Part shown: in pieces, positions 51,079-60,865 of the stretch
Position numbering within the stretch: position 1 is the stretch's first letter
Layout of the letters: each line of letters starts with the position of its first letter
Assembly: GCA_013361065.1 (NCBI GenBank)
Contig: JABWAK010000001.1
Span: forward strand, 4,547-68,546
DNA length: 64,000 nucleotides
Origin: Bacteroidota bacterium
GTDB lineage: Bacteria > Bacteroidota > Ignavibacteria > UBA10030 > UBA8401
Direction: 5' to 3'
Notes under the pieces: model-generated
Databases searched by the model: none
What the model saw: the letters and a program-made list of their open reading frames with translations, nothing else
Told to the model about the DNA's origin: nothing
Translations under genes and position numbers: made by a program

Positions 51079-51465
51079 GTGCGACAGACACTTCCCAAAT
51101 CCATCATCCTTCGCGGATACCAATCGTTCACCAAAGTCATTTCAAGCGGAACAGCACTGCACGGCACCCTGCTGACCGCGTTCCTGCTGACGAACGCGGA
51201 TGACAGGAAGGTTCTGATCGGATTCTCTGTACCCAAGAAGCAGGTGCCTCTCGCCGCGCACCGCAACCGGATCAAACGGCTGATGCGCGAGGTGGTCCGC
51301 AGGGACTTTTCCGGCGTCATCACCGCAGCGGAGGGGAAGGATCTCGGCGCACGCATCGTACTGATGTTCCGGCGGGACCGGTCGCACGACATCCTTCGAC
51401 TGACGCTGCACGACCTGGAACCGGTCTGGACCGACCTCCGGCAGCGGATACTGAAAGCGCTATGA
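51079..51465 (+). CDS. rnpA: Ribonuclease P protein component
   Basis: GTG start. [29 protein letters not shown] is the RNR motif region. Conserved position after rpmH. Confidence 0.85.
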   Translation: MRQTLPKSIILRGYQSFTKVISSGTALHGTLLTAFLLTNADDRKVLIGFSVPKKQVPLAAHRNRIKRLMREVVRRDFSGVITAAEGKDLGARIVLMFRRDRSHDILRLTLHDLEPVWTDLRQRILKAL

Positions 51466-51701
51466 GACATCTGTTCATCTTCCTGATCCGCGTGTACCAG
51501 ATGGTGATCTCGCCGTTCCTTCCGGCGAATTCCTGCCGCTTTTTCCCGACCTGTTCCACTTACACCATAGAGTCCATTCAAAAACACGGAGCGTTCAAGG
51601 GGACCCTGCTCGGCTGTGTGCGGATCTGCAAGTGCCATCCGTACCACGAAGGGGGCTACGATCCCGTTCCGGACCATTTCTCACTGACGAAACAACACTG
51701 A
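51462..51701 (+). CDS. yidD: Membrane protein insertion efficiency factor YidD
   Basis: 79 aa. [53 protein letters not shown]. Confidence 0.9.
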   Translation: MRHLFIFLIRVYQMVISPFLPANSCRFFPTCSTYTIESIQKHGAFKGTLLGCVRICKCHPYHEGGYDPVPDHFSLTKQH

Positions 51702-51708
51702 CACCATT

Positions 51709-53511
51709 ATGGGCAGACAAGAGACCTTAGGATTCGTACTGATCGCCGCCGTGCTGATGGCATGGATGTACTACACCTCGCCGCAGCGCCAGCCGCAGCA
51801 GACATCGACGCCGGCAGCCGCGGAGACATCCGCCGTTGCCTCCTCTTCCGCACCGCAGGGCTCCGCCGGTACCATCGCACCGCAGCAGCAATCCTCCGTC
51901 CCCGCGCCGGCATCGGACCGGTACGGCAAGTTCTTCAGCGGCACGGATGCCGGCACCGAGCGGACCATCACCATCGAAACGGATCAGTACATCGCCGAAC
52001 TCTCCACCAAAGGGGGAACAGTGAAGCGGTGGACGCTGAAGAAGCACACCACCTGGGACCGTCATCCTGTGCAGCTGGTCAACGATGCGTCGGGTGATTT
52101 CAACGTGCTCTTCACGACCACGGACGGCCGTACCATCAATACGAAGAATCATTACTTCGAAACGGTCAACACCCCGGGCGCACCGGTCGTCCTCTCCGGC
52201 GACCAGACCTACACCGTCCACTTTCGGCTGAGAGGGACCGAAGGGGAGATCATCAAAACGCTGGTCTTCAAGAACGGCAAGTACGATTTCGATGCCGGCA
52301 TCACGTTCAATAATATGCAGAACGTCGTGGCGAACTACGAGTACCAGATCCTCTGGGAACACGGCGTGACGTACACGGAATACAACAGTGTGGACGAGTC
52401 CAACCTTGCTGCTGCGTACACGTACGGCGGCGGCGAGCTGAAAGAAGTGAATGCGGCCGCAGCGGGTGACATGCCGAAAGAGGATCCGACCGGACAGACC
52501 GACTGGGTGGCGGTGCGCAACAAGTATTTCGCGGTGGCGATGATGGCGAAAGAGAAACAGGCAGCCGGTGCGTACCTGGAAGGGGTGCACAACTCCGTTG
52601 CTGATGCCGGCGTGGTGGAGAAGTATTCCATCGCACTGAAGTATCCGTTCAAGAACACCATCCAGGAGACCGCATGGGTGACCATGTTCATCGGTCCGCT
52701 GGAGTTCACCACCATCAAATCGTACGGCCGCGGGCTGGACCAGATCATGTCGCTCGGCTGGTCATGGATCCGTCCGATCACCGAGTATATCTTCATCCCG
52801 CTCTTCCGTCTGCTCCATTCGTTCATCACCAATTACGGCCTGGTGATCATCATCTTCTCCATTCTCATCAAGCTGGCGCTGCACCCGCTGACCAAATCCA
52901 GCATGAACTCCATGCGCCGGATGCAGAAACTGCAGCCGATGATGCAGGAGATCCGCGAGAAGTACAAGAACGATGCGAACCAGCTGAACCTCCAGACGAT
53001 GAAATTGTACAAGGATTACGGGGTGAATCCTGCCGGCGGATGCCTGCCGCTGCTGCTGCAGCTGCCGATCCTGTACGCCCTCTATTCGCTCTTCACCGCC
53101 TCCATCGAACTGCGGCAGGAGCCGTTCATCTTCTGGATCACCGACCTCTCCGTGCCGGACGTGCTGATCCCGCTGCCGTTCAGCATCCCGCTGCTCGGCA
53201 ATTTCATCAGCGGTCTCACGCTGGCGATGGGCATCACGATGTATGTGCAGCAGAAGCAGACCGTGACCGATCCGACCCAGCAGGCGCTGGTCTGGATGAT
53301 GCCGATCATGATGACGGTGATGTTCAATCACTTTCCGTCCGGACTGAACCTCTATTACTTTGTCTTCAACCTGCTCTCCATCGGCCAGCAGTACTACTTC
53401 AACATGCGGCACAAGGATGAGCCGCTGCAGAAGATACCGGAGCACAAGCGCAAACCCGGCTTCCTGGAGCGGATGCAGGCGAACATGCCGCAGCAGCCGA
53501 AGAAGAAATAA
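51709..53511 (+). CDS. yidC: Membrane protein insertase YidC
   Basis: 600 aa: an N-terminal TM, a large periplasmic domain, then the conserved core (NYGLVIIIFSILIKLALHPLT..SMRRMQKLQPMMQEIREKYK...GGCLPLLLQLPILYALY). Confidence 0.95.
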   Translation: MGRQETLGFVLIAAVLMAWMYYTSPQRQPQQTSTPAAAETSAVASSSAPQGSAGTIAPQQQSSVPAPASDRYGKFFSGTDAGTERTITIETDQYIAELSTKGGTVKRWTLKKHTTWDRHPVQLVNDASGDFNVLFTTTDGRTINTKNHYFETVNTPGAPVVLSGDQTYTVHFRLRGTEGEIIKTLVFKNGKYDFDAGITFNNMQNVVANYEYQILWEHGVTYTEYNSVDESNLAAAYTYGGGELKEVNAAAAGDMPKEDPTGQTDWVAVRNKYFAVAMMAKEKQAAGAYLEGVHNSVADAGVVEKYSIALKYPFKNTIQETAWVTMFIGPLEFTTIKSYGRGLDQIMSLGWSWIRPITEYIFIPLFRLLHSFITNYGLVIIIFSILIKLALHPLTKSSMNSMRRMQKLQPMMQEIREKYKNDANQLNLQTMKLYKDYGVNPAGGCLPLLLQLPILYALYSLFTASIELRQEPFIFWITDLSVPDVLIPLPFSIPLLGNFISGLTLAMGITMYVQQKQTVTDPTQQALVWMMPIMMTVMFNHFPSGLNLYYFVFNLLSIGQQYYFNMRHKDEPLQKIPEHKRKPGFLERMQANMPQQPKKK

Positions 53512-53530
53512 TCGCACATCGAAAGAAAAT

Positions 53531-53568
53531 ACGAACGCCCGGTAGCAGTGCCGGGCGTTCGTCGTTTT
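53531..53568. terminator. Bidirectional terminator between yidC and the convergent hydrolase gene
   Basis: Perfect 12-bp stem (acgaacgcccgg / ccgggcgttcgt) followed by CGTTTTAAA. An A-tract precedes it, serving the opposite direction. Confidence 0.7.
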
Positions 53569-53587
53569 AAAGATACCACAATCGCCG

Positions 53588-54709
53588 TCAGAGGACCGAC
53601 GCCAGGAAGTATTCCACCGCATACCGGCTCAGCCGTCCTCCCGGTCCATTGAAGTTGTAATCGAACGCATGCGTTCCCCACGGCAGCTCGATGTAGAGGT
53701 TCCGCACACCTTGTTTGGTCAGCCGCGCGGCGAGACGTTCGCTCTGCCGGTACCAGGTGAGCGGGTCCTTGGCACCGTGGATGAGCAGCATCGGCGGCGA
53801 CTGGGGTGTGATGTGGTGATACGCGGAGGCATCACGGTATTGCTCCGGCAGCCGATCGAGCGGACCGCCTAAATAGTTGTGGAGCAATGTCCGTGAATCG
53901 AGGATGTCCGGTTCCGGCGAGAGATGTTCGTAGGCAAAGACGAGGTCCGCCGGTGCGTAGAAGGCGATGCATCCGCGGATGGCGGGATCGGAGGCTGTGC
54001 AGGCTGTTGCTTCCGCGATCTGTCCGCCCGCGGAACGACCGAAGAGGACGAAGCGTGATGCATCGATGCCGAACTGCGCTGCATGCGCTTTCAGGAAAGC
54101 GATCGCCGCCGCCGCATCCTCCCGCTGCGCGGGCCAGGGATGACGGGGAGCGAACCGGTACTCGATGCAGGCAACGGCATATCCGATAGACGCAAGGTGG
54201 CGGCTCATCATCGGGAATTCAGCAGGGGAACCGCTGTCCCACCCGCCGGTGTGGATGATGACCACGCAGGGAGCGGGTGCAGAAGAGTGTGCGCGATGGA
54301 AGAGCAGATGCAGCGATTTGCCGCCGTGTTCTGCATACACGATCGATTCCGGTTCCGAGGCCGGCGGGAACGGTCCAAACCAGAGACGACGGAGTGAGAA
54401 CGACGCAGCGTGATGGGATGTCCTGCCGAAAGCATCCGCGAGCCGTCGTGATAAGGACCGGGAGAGTACGACGGCGGCGAACGAAGGGTACAGCAACACA
54501 GCGGATGCGGCAGCGGCAATGATGGATGTGATCAGGGCGAGCGGTGTTTCCGCACCGGCGAGAACCATCACCAGGATCGGCAGCAGGACGAAATACTGTC
54601 CAAACTCTGTTGCGGCAAGGGAGATCTTCCAGAGGATGGGGCGGCGCAGGTCCAGAAAGAGCAGGAGTGCGCAGACGAGCAGCAGCAGCGACGCGAACAG
54701 GAGGATCAT
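53588..54709 (-). CDS. Membrane-anchored alpha/beta hydrolase (esterase/lipase type)
   Basis: Start chosen at MILLFASLLLLVCALLLF (54709), whose ATG overlaps the upstream stop (ATGA). Has 3-4 N-terminal TM helices, IIHTGGWDSGS (oxyanion region) and GRSAGGQIA (nucleophile elbow GxSxG). Confidence 0.8.
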   Translation of the reverse strand: MILLFASLLLLVCALLLFLDLRRPILWKISLAATEFGQYFVLLPILVMVLAGAETPLALITSIIAAAASAVLLYPSFAAVVLSRSLSRRLADAFGRTSHHAASFSLRRLWFGPFPPASEPESIVYAEHGGKSLHLLFHRAHSSAPAPCVVIIHTGGWDSGSPAEFPMMSRHLASIGYAVACIEYRFAPRHPWPAQREDAAAAIAFLKAHAAQFGIDASRFVLFGRSAGGQIAEATACTASDPAIRGCIAFYAPADLVFAYEHLSPEPDILDSRTLLHNYLGGPLDRLPEQYRDASAYHHITPQSPPMLLIHGAKDPLTWYRQSERLAARLTKQGVRNLYIELPWGTHAFDYNFNGPGGRLSRYAVEYFLASVL

Positions 54710-55125
54710 CGCACCCCATCCGGATGATGCTGATGACCGAAGTGGCTCTCCCGGCATTCCGGACAGATTCCGTGGGAGAAGAGTGCTTCGGAGTGGGCGG
54801 TCACATATGCTTCCAGGGAACACCATTCATCGCCATTGCGGATCTTCTTGCAGTATGCGCAGATGGGCACATATCCTTCGAAGAACCGGATGCGGCCCAT
54901 GAGGATCTTCGTCAGCGTCAGCGAGACCGCCGCCAGCACGATGATATAGGAGGATTCGATCACTATCTCCGGCCAGTTGACGGGAGTGGCGAGTGTGCCG
55001 AAGACCGTATGCGGGAGATCGAACAGTTCGTCGCCGGCGATCAGGAAGAGCAGTGCAGCATATCCGACCAACTGGATGACAATGAGTGAGCGGACGAGCC
55101 TCTGTTTGGTGAACATCGTATTCAT
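54706..55125 (-). CDS. Two-TM protein with C-terminal Cys-rich (CxxC...CxxC) module
   Basis: Internal ATG at 55125 (MNTMFTKQRL..); the longer track ORF would overlap the GNAT gene. Has two TM helices, then GYVPICAYCKKIRNGDEWCSLEAYVTAHSEALFSHGICPECRESHFG. Confidence 0.7.
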   Translation of the reverse strand: MNTMFTKQRLVRSLIVIQLVGYAALLFLIAGDELFDLPHTVFGTLATPVNWPEIVIESSYIIVLAAVSLTLTKILMGRIRFFEGYVPICAYCKKIRNGDEWCSLEAYVTAHSEALFSHGICPECRESHFGHQHHPDGVR

Positions 55126-55145
55126 GATTACCCCACTGTCCCGGA

Positions 55146-55613
55146 TCAGAGCTGCAGTTCCAGGTACACGACGCCGTCGAGCGGATTGTCGTAGTATGCC
55201 GGTGTCTCGGTGAATCCGAGCTGCCGGTAGAGCGCGCGCGCTTCCTCCATCCGCTGCAGGGTGTCGAGCCGCATCGTATGGTATCCGATGGCGCGCGCCT
55301 CGGCAACGATCTGTTCGGTCATCATCCTGCCGATGCCGCGTCCGCGGAACGCTTCCCGCACGAACAACCGCTTCATCTCGCACACCCCTTCCCCGTCGAA
55401 CGGCCGGAGCGCGATGCATCCGCAGATAACGCCATCCGCCTCGGCCAGCAGCAGCCTTCCGGCCGGCGGCGCATACTTCCCCGGCAGTTCCGCCAGTTCC
55501 TTGTCGAATCCCTGGAAGCAGAGGGAGAACTGGAGCCAGGACTGGTATTCCGTGAACAGCTCCCGGATCGTTGCGATATCCTCCGCTGTTGCAGCATTCC
55601 TCAGTGTGATCAT
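55146..55613 (-). CDS. GNAT family N-acetyltransferase
   Basis: 155 aa. RLFVREAFRGRGIGRMMTEQIV (acetyl-CoA motif A) and ALYRQLGF. Confidence 0.85.
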   Translation of the reverse strand: MITLRNAATAEDIATIRELFTEYQSWLQFSLCFQGFDKELAELPGKYAPPAGRLLLAEADGVICGCIALRPFDGEGVCEMKRLFVREAFRGRGIGRMMTEQIVAEARAIGYHTMRLDTLQRMEEARALYRQLGFTETPAYYDNPLDGVVYLELQL

Positions 55614-55630
55614 ATGATGTCCGTCCCCGG

Positions 55631-55667
55631 AAAAATACAGAAGCCCGCCGGTGGGAGCGCGGGCTTC
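55631..55667 (-). terminator. Terminator after the M28 peptidase gene
   Basis: 9-bp stem (gaagcccgc / gcgggcttc). On the minus strand it is followed by TGTATTTTTCC. Confidence 0.55.
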
Positions 55668-55700
55668 GATGCGTGGGTGAATCGGTTGCCGGTGCGCGGC

Positions 55701-57347
55701 TCAGCGCCCGTGATCATGTCCGCAATCCCACTCTTCGTCATACCCTACGCTGCGCGTGCGGGGGGAAGGTTCCTTGCGGGGGAACCGCTCGTCCCGCATC
55801 GACGCATTGTAGGCGAACGCCGCCATGAGGGTGGCCGCCTGTTTCATATCCTCTTCCTGGGAGCGGTCCCACACATCCATCGTGGAGTGCCAGGTGCGGG
55901 TGCCGTACTCGATCGGGTCTTGGATGAACTGGAAGCCCGGGAGCCCGAGCGCATCGAAGGCCTGATGGTCCGTTCCGCCGGTGTTCATCGGCGTGATGGT
56001 GGATGCGCCGAGGTCGTTGAACGGTTTCAGCCATGCACGGAAGACCGGGCGGAGCGCTTCGTTCCCCTGCATGTAGATGCCGCGGACCTTTCCGGTGCCG
56101 TTGTCGTTGTTGAAGTACGCGGAGAACTTCTGTGCTGCCGGTGTCAGAGAATCCTTCGCGCCGAAATGTTTCGCCACGTAGGCGCGCGAACCGAGCAGAC
56201 CCTGCTCCTCCCCGCCCCAGAGCGCGGCGCGGATGGTGCGGCGCGGTTTCGCACCGCTCGCCTTCAGGATGCGCATCGCCTCCATCACCGCCGAGACGCC
56301 GGTGCCGTTGTCCGTCGCACCGGTACCGCCGTGCCACGAATCCAGATGCGCACCGATCATCACCACCTCGTCCTTCAGGTCGGTGCCGGGGATCTCCGCG
56401 ATCACGTTGTAGCAGGAATCATCCTTCTGTGACGTCCACTCCACGTCCAACGTCATGGCGATCCGGACGGTCTCGCCCTTCCCGATCATCCGCACCATGC
56501 GGTTGTACGCCTCATTCCCCACTTCGATCTGCGGCGGAAGGTTCTTCGGCGCCTTGGCGTTATAGGAGGAGATGCGGTTCACGCTTGTCATCGGCGTATC
56601 GGGATGGTTCGGAGCGGTCGCGCCCATGACGAACACGCTTCCGCCTTCGTTGCGCTGCGCAGCGGCGGAAGTGAGCACGCCGGCGACATTCTCCTTCATC
56701 AGCAGCTGCCACCGTTCGTACGCGAACAGCTGCGCTTTGCGGAAGTTGTCATTCCCGCCGCCGCTGCCCGGACGGCGTCCGCCGCCGCCGGCCACATCGG
56801 CATTGGCCATCACCAGCAGCGAAGAATCGCTGTAGCGCGATGCCGGAGGGGTGAAGTATGCCTTCAGCGGATTCGGTTTTCCGATCAGAACGAATTTCCC
56901 TTTCAGTTTTCCCTTGTATGCCGACAGCTGTTCCATGGAATCGGCATCCAGATAGACCACCTCCGCCGTCACTTCCTTGCCGGAGAGCCCGGGCGACCAT
57001 GCCTTCGGATACGAGACCAGCGGCTGCACCTGCCGGCCGATGAGATTGGCGGAGTACTTCTTCAGCCTCCATCCCCGTCCGAACGGCCCCCACGATTCCA
57101 GATGCACATCGCCGATCCCCATGGCGATGAACTTCTCCTTTGCCCATTGTGCCGACGCGGTGTATTCCGGTGAACCGGTGAGGCGCGGGCCGTAGACATC
57201 GGTGAGCCACGAGAGGATCTCGCGGGCCTGCGAGCGGTTCATGCCCTCGTCGCGGATCTTCGCGACCATGGAAGTGTCGATGGTTTCCTGTGCGGCGGCG
57301 GCCTGCACCAGCAGGACCAGCAGCGCCAAACGGAGGATGGTCTTCAT
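55701..57347 (-). CDS. M28 family metallopeptidase (aminopeptidase) with PA domain
   Basis: Signal peptide MKTILRLALLVLLVQAAAAQE. Zinc-ligand regions: MIGAHLDSWHGGTGATDNGTGVSAVMEAMRIL, WGGEEQGLLGSRAYV, GGTDHQAF. Confidence 0.9.
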   Translation of the reverse strand: MKTILRLALLVLLVQAAAAQETIDTSMVAKIRDEGMNRSQAREILSWLTDVYGPRLTGSPEYTASAQWAKEKFIAMGIGDVHLESWGPFGRGWRLKKYSANLIGRQVQPLVSYPKAWSPGLSGKEVTAEVVYLDADSMEQLSAYKGKLKGKFVLIGKPNPLKAYFTPPASRYSDSSLLVMANADVAGGGGRRPGSGGGNDNFRKAQLFAYERWQLLMKENVAGVLTSAAAQRNEGGSVFVMGATAPNHPDTPMTSVNRISSYNAKAPKNLPPQIEVGNEAYNRMVRMIGKGETVRIAMTLDVEWTSQKDDSCYNVIAEIPGTDLKDEVVMIGAHLDSWHGGTGATDNGTGVSAVMEAMRILKASGAKPRRTIRAALWGGEEQGLLGSRAYVAKHFGAKDSLTPAAQKFSAYFNNDNGTGKVRGIYMQGNEALRPVFRAWLKPFNDLGASTITPMNTGGTDHQAFDALGLPGFQFIQDPIEYGTRTWHSTMDVWDRSQEEDMKQAATLMAAFAYNASMRDERFPRKEPSPRTRSVGYDEEWDCGHDHGR

Positions 57348-57384
57348 GTGTTCCCTTTATATTATTGAGTGACGTGGTGCGATG

Positions 57385-57870
57385 TCATGGTGCCTGGAGC
57401 GAATCGGACGGCACGGCCGGTCCCGCTTTCTTCGGCGGCACATCGCCGATGGAGTTCAGGAAATCCTTCCGCATGTTCGCCGCGACGCGCACATCGGAAC
57501 CGTTATGCCAGATCTTCCCGTCCCAGACGCGTGATTCGATCTTGAACTCGAGTTTCTTCCGGTCCGGTGTGAACTTCGCCACGATGCGGATCTGATACCG
57601 CTCATTCTGCAGGTCCTCGGTGAAGTAGGACTGTCCGTACGCGGAGCGCACGTAGCCGTCCTCCTTGGAGATCATCTCCAGTTCGAACTTCTTGGTGATG
57701 ATATAGATGACCCGCTGCCAGGCATCATCGTACTTGACGGACGGCTTCAGGTCCATCGATTCCCAGTACTGCCGGTTCATCTGCATGAAGGAATCGGGAG
57801 CGCCCAGACCGCATCCGGCGGAGGCAATGAGCATCAAGACAGCAAGCGAACGAACGAGAGCAGTTCTCAT
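57385..57870 (-). CDS. Hypothetical lipoprotein
   Basis: 161 aa. MRTALVRSLAVLMLIASAGCG (lipobox). No recognised domain. Confidence 0.7.
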   Translation of the reverse strand: MRTALVRSLAVLMLIASAGCGLGAPDSFMQMNRQYWESMDLKPSVKYDDAWQRVIYIITKKFELEMISKEDGYVRSAYGQSYFTEDLQNERYQIRIVAKFTPDRKKLEFKIESRVWDGKIWHNGSDVRVAANMRKDFLNSIGDVPPKKAGPAVPSDSLQAP

Positions 57871-57963
57871 GGGTGGTCCTCCGGTCGGTGAAAGACGGAA
57901 CAGTGAGGAAATATACAGTTTTTGGAAGAAAAGGACAGCAGAATTCTTCTGCGGGGAAGTGCG

Positions 57964-58380
57964 TCAGTCCGGATAATCGTACTGCACATCGAGTTTCAGG
58001 TCCGGATGGAGGCTCTTGGCGACCGGACAGGAATCGCCGATCTCGCGCAACCGCGCACGGTACTGCTGCGGAACGCCGGCCGGGAACGAGAGGTGCGCCA
58101 CGATCTTCGCGATGCGCCGCGGTGCATCGGTGCTCATATGCTTCTCGATGCGGATGTGGGTGCCGTCCAGCGAGAGCGCCATCTTCTCCTTCACCGCGAA
58201 GATCCCCATGGTGGTGATCATGCAGCTGCCGAGCGCCGTCGCCACCAGGTCGGTCGGGGAGAAGCTCTCCCCTTTGCCGAGATTGTCGGTCGGTGCATCG
58301 GTGATGAAGCGCATGCCGCTGTTGTCGTGGGTGGCGCTACAGCGGAGCTGGCCGTGATAGGCGATGGAGATGGGGACCAT
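57964..58380 (-). CDS. OsmC/Ohr family peroxiredoxin-like protein
   Basis: Internal ATG at 58380 (MVPISIAYHGQLRC..). Has FSPTDLVATALGSCMITTMG and the second conserved Cys in GDSCPVAKSL. Confidence 0.85.
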   Translation of the reverse strand: MVPISIAYHGQLRCSATHDNSGMRFITDAPTDNLGKGESFSPTDLVATALGSCMITTMGIFAVKEKMALSLDGTHIRIEKHMSTDAPRRIAKIVAHLSFPAGVPQQYRARLREIGDSCPVAKSLHPDLKLDVQYDYPD

Positions 58381-58387
58381 GGGATGC

Positions 58388-59230
58388 TCAGGGTTTGATG
58401 AAGTCGATGTTGCTGCGGTATTCCACCGCATTCGCGGTGGTGTTCACGGTGGAGCGGCTGAACCGGAGATAGCGCTTCACGAACGCCATCCGGTCCGCAC
58501 CATACTGAGCCGCCGGCACCGGGAAGACGATCTCGGACGTGACGGCGGAGGGGATCAGCACCGGCTTGATGAGGTCGGTGGTGAGCAGCGGGATCTCCTT
58601 GTAGTACGGCACCTGCCATCCGAGCAGGTCGATGGTGATCTTCGTCTTGAGCTTCACCGTCTTCGGCACAGGATTGAGCCGGATGAAATCGGAATCGGCG
58701 GCGGCCACGGTGAAGAACACCTGCTCATCCAGATAGAAGTGGACCTGCGGTGCGATGCGCGCGGAGACGCCGGCATAGCTTCCCGAAGCCTTGAGTGCGC
58801 CGGTCCCCTCGATCTCGATCTGTGCGTAGATGGTGTTGTTCACGATCTCAGTGAAAAGGAACTTCTTCAGGTCGATATCCAGTGTGCCGGTGTCCACATT
58901 CACGGCGTTCGTATAGCCGATGCCGAGCACCGACTTCTCCTCCTTCCAGAGCGGACGGGTCGCAAGGAAGTCCACATGGATATCCTTCGCCGTCCGTTCC
59001 GCCACCGCTGTCAGCAGTCTGTTCACGCCGGAAGTGCGGGTGCTGGTGATCAGATCATGGCCGCGGGGGAGCTTCCGCGTCTGTGCGTTGACGATCGAAT
59101 CGAGCCGGTCCAGCTGCGGTTTCACGGCGTTGATGAGGGCCTGGGAATCCTTCACGGACGGGGTGTTGATCGACGAGCCGCAGCCGGTCAGGATGATGAG
59201 CGCAAGCGCCGTTGCAAGGTATGTTCTCAT
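58388..59230 (-). CDS. Hypothetical lipoprotein
   Basis: 280 aa. MRTYLATALALIILTGCGSS (lipobox). The ATG overlaps the upstream stop by 4 nt. Confidence 0.7.
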   Translation of the reverse strand: MRTYLATALALIILTGCGSSINTPSVKDSQALINAVKPQLDRLDSIVNAQTRKLPRGHDLITSTRTSGVNRLLTAVAERTAKDIHVDFLATRPLWKEEKSVLGIGYTNAVNVDTGTLDIDLKKFLFTEIVNNTIYAQIEIEGTGALKASGSYAGVSARIAPQVHFYLDEQVFFTVAAADSDFIRLNPVPKTVKLKTKITIDLLGWQVPYYKEIPLLTTDLIKPVLIPSAVTSEIVFPVPAAQYGADRMAFVKRYLRFSRSTVNTTANAVEYRSNIDFIKP

Positions 59231-60045
59231 GGTGTCACCCCCGCATGCTTCACGTTCATCGCAACGAAGAGCCGCTCCTTGAAGATGAGCACTTCCTTCA
59301 GTTCCAGGGAGTACTGCAGCGTCTGCGCCGGCGTGCTGATGTTCATGTTCAGACCAGAACGGACCCGGACACTGGATGCCTGCACCGGGAACTGATTGGT
59401 GAAGTCGACCGGGAACCGGATCGGCGGCAGGTTGTCGCTGATGGTGGAGAGTTTCGCCGTCACCACATCCTGGATGATCCCTTCGAGCGCAGCGGTGATC
59501 CCTTTCGCTTTCACGTTCGGCACCACATTGAACGGCTCGAGAGTGGCGTTGAAAGCGCCGCTGTCCACACTGAAGGCGAGCAGGCAGTCCATCAGCACAT
59601 TCACCCGTACATTGTACTCACGGCTGAGCGCCGACATATTGATGGTGGCGATGGCGGAACCGTTGTAGAGTTTCACCCGGATGCTGCGGATGGAGTACGA
59701 GGTAAGGGAGTCGAGCCAGCCGTCGGTGGAGTCGAGCTGCGAGGCGGCCTTGTTCAGCAGCGCTTCGGAGAAGGAGAAGGTCATGTCCGCATTCTCGATC
59801 GGATCGCCGTTGGTCATCCGGTCGGACAGGCTCCGCGCGCCGTTGAGGCGAACCTGGAGCACCTTGGCCTCGCGCGCTTTCTGCAACTGCGCGATGTTGA
59901 CGTCCGCTCCGGCGAAGGGACGGATGATGAAGCAGCCCTGGAGGGCCGCAGCGGCGATGAGCAGGGCGAGGCCCTGAACAAAAAAACGAAGAGCGGGCAG
60001 CCGGCGCACCGGTGCTGCGTCACTCTTCGTTCGCTGATGGTCCAT
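59227..60045 (-). CDS. Hypothetical lipoprotein
   Basis: 272 aa. ..LALLIAAAALQGCFI (lipobox). Starts 16 nt after the msrA stop. Confidence 0.65.
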   Translation of the reverse strand: MDHQRTKSDAAPVRRLPALRFFVQGLALLIAAAALQGCFIIRPFAGADVNIAQLQKAREAKVLQVRLNGARSLSDRMTNGDPIENADMTFSFSEALLNKAASQLDSTDGWLDSLTSYSIRSIRVKLYNGSAIATINMSALSREYNVRVNVLMDCLLAFSVDSGAFNATLEPFNVVPNVKAKGITAALEGIIQDVVTAKLSTISDNLPPIRFPVDFTNQFPVQASSVRVRSGLNMNISTPAQTLQYSLELKEVLIFKERLFVAMNVKHAGVTP

Positions 60046-60061
60046 ACGCGTTCCGGAAAGG

Positions 60062-60694
60062 TTATTGTTTCTTCAGCTTGCTGCTGAACTCCTTCCTGAA
60101 TTTACTCAATTTTGGATTGATTACCATCATGCAATACGGCTGGGACGAATTCTGGTCATAGTAGTTCTGATGGTACTGCTCCGCCTTGTAAAAGACGGTG
60201 AACGGGGAGATCTCGGTGACGATGGGATCGTCCCAGACCTTCGCCGCTTCCATCTCCTTCTTCACCTGTTCCGCGGCCGCCTTCTGTTCCGGGGAATGGT
60301 AGTAGATGACCGAGCGGTACTGGGTGCCGACATCGGCTCCCTGCCGGTTGAGCGTGGTCGGATCGTGGGTCTTGAAGAAGACCTCGAGCAGTTCCTTGTA
60401 CGCGATCTTCTTCGGGTCGAAGGTCACCTGGATCACTTCGGCGTGACCCGTCCTGCCGGTGCAGACCTGCTCATAGGTGGGATTCTTCACGGAACCGCCG
60501 GAGTATCCGGAGGCGACCGCCTCCACCCCTTCCAGCCGTTCGTAGATCGCTTCCACGCACCAGAAGCAGCCGGCGCCGAGCGTAGCGGTCTCAGTGGATG
60601 TTTGCATGGTTCGTCCTTTCGTTGCGGGAGCGCTCTGTGCGGACAGGATCTCCGTCAGCATCAGCATTGCCCCGATCATGAGTATCGTTCTCAT
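60062..60694 (-). CDS. msrA: Peptide-methionine (S)-S-oxide reductase MsrA, with predicted signal peptide
   Basis: Internal ATG at 60694 is preceded by [28 protein letters not shown] is signal-like. Has the catalytic [10 protein letters not shown], plus [17 protein letters not shown] and [10 protein letters not shown]. Confidence 0.9.
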   Translation of the reverse strand: MRTILMIGAMLMLTEILSAQSAPATKGRTMQTSTETATLGAGCFWCVEAIYERLEGVEAVASGYSGGSVKNPTYEQVCTGRTGHAEVIQVTFDPKKIAYKELLEVFFKTHDPTTLNRQGADVGTQYRSVIYYHSPEQKAAAEQVKKEMEAAKVWDDPIVTEISPFTVFYKAEQYHQNYYDQNSSQPYCMMVINPKLSKFRKEFSSKLKKQ

Positions 60695-60865
60695 TGTGCA
60701 CCTCCGCCATGTAGAACACCGGTTTCCGCCGAAAGATTTCACCGGCCCGACCGCCGTCACACAAAAAGAATGCTTGCGTTCCGTCCGTCAAATTAAGAAA
60801 TTTCACAGGAATCACCAAGGAAGCCGTGCCGGTCTTCCGTTGTCACCGCGCTACCAGGGGGAACC

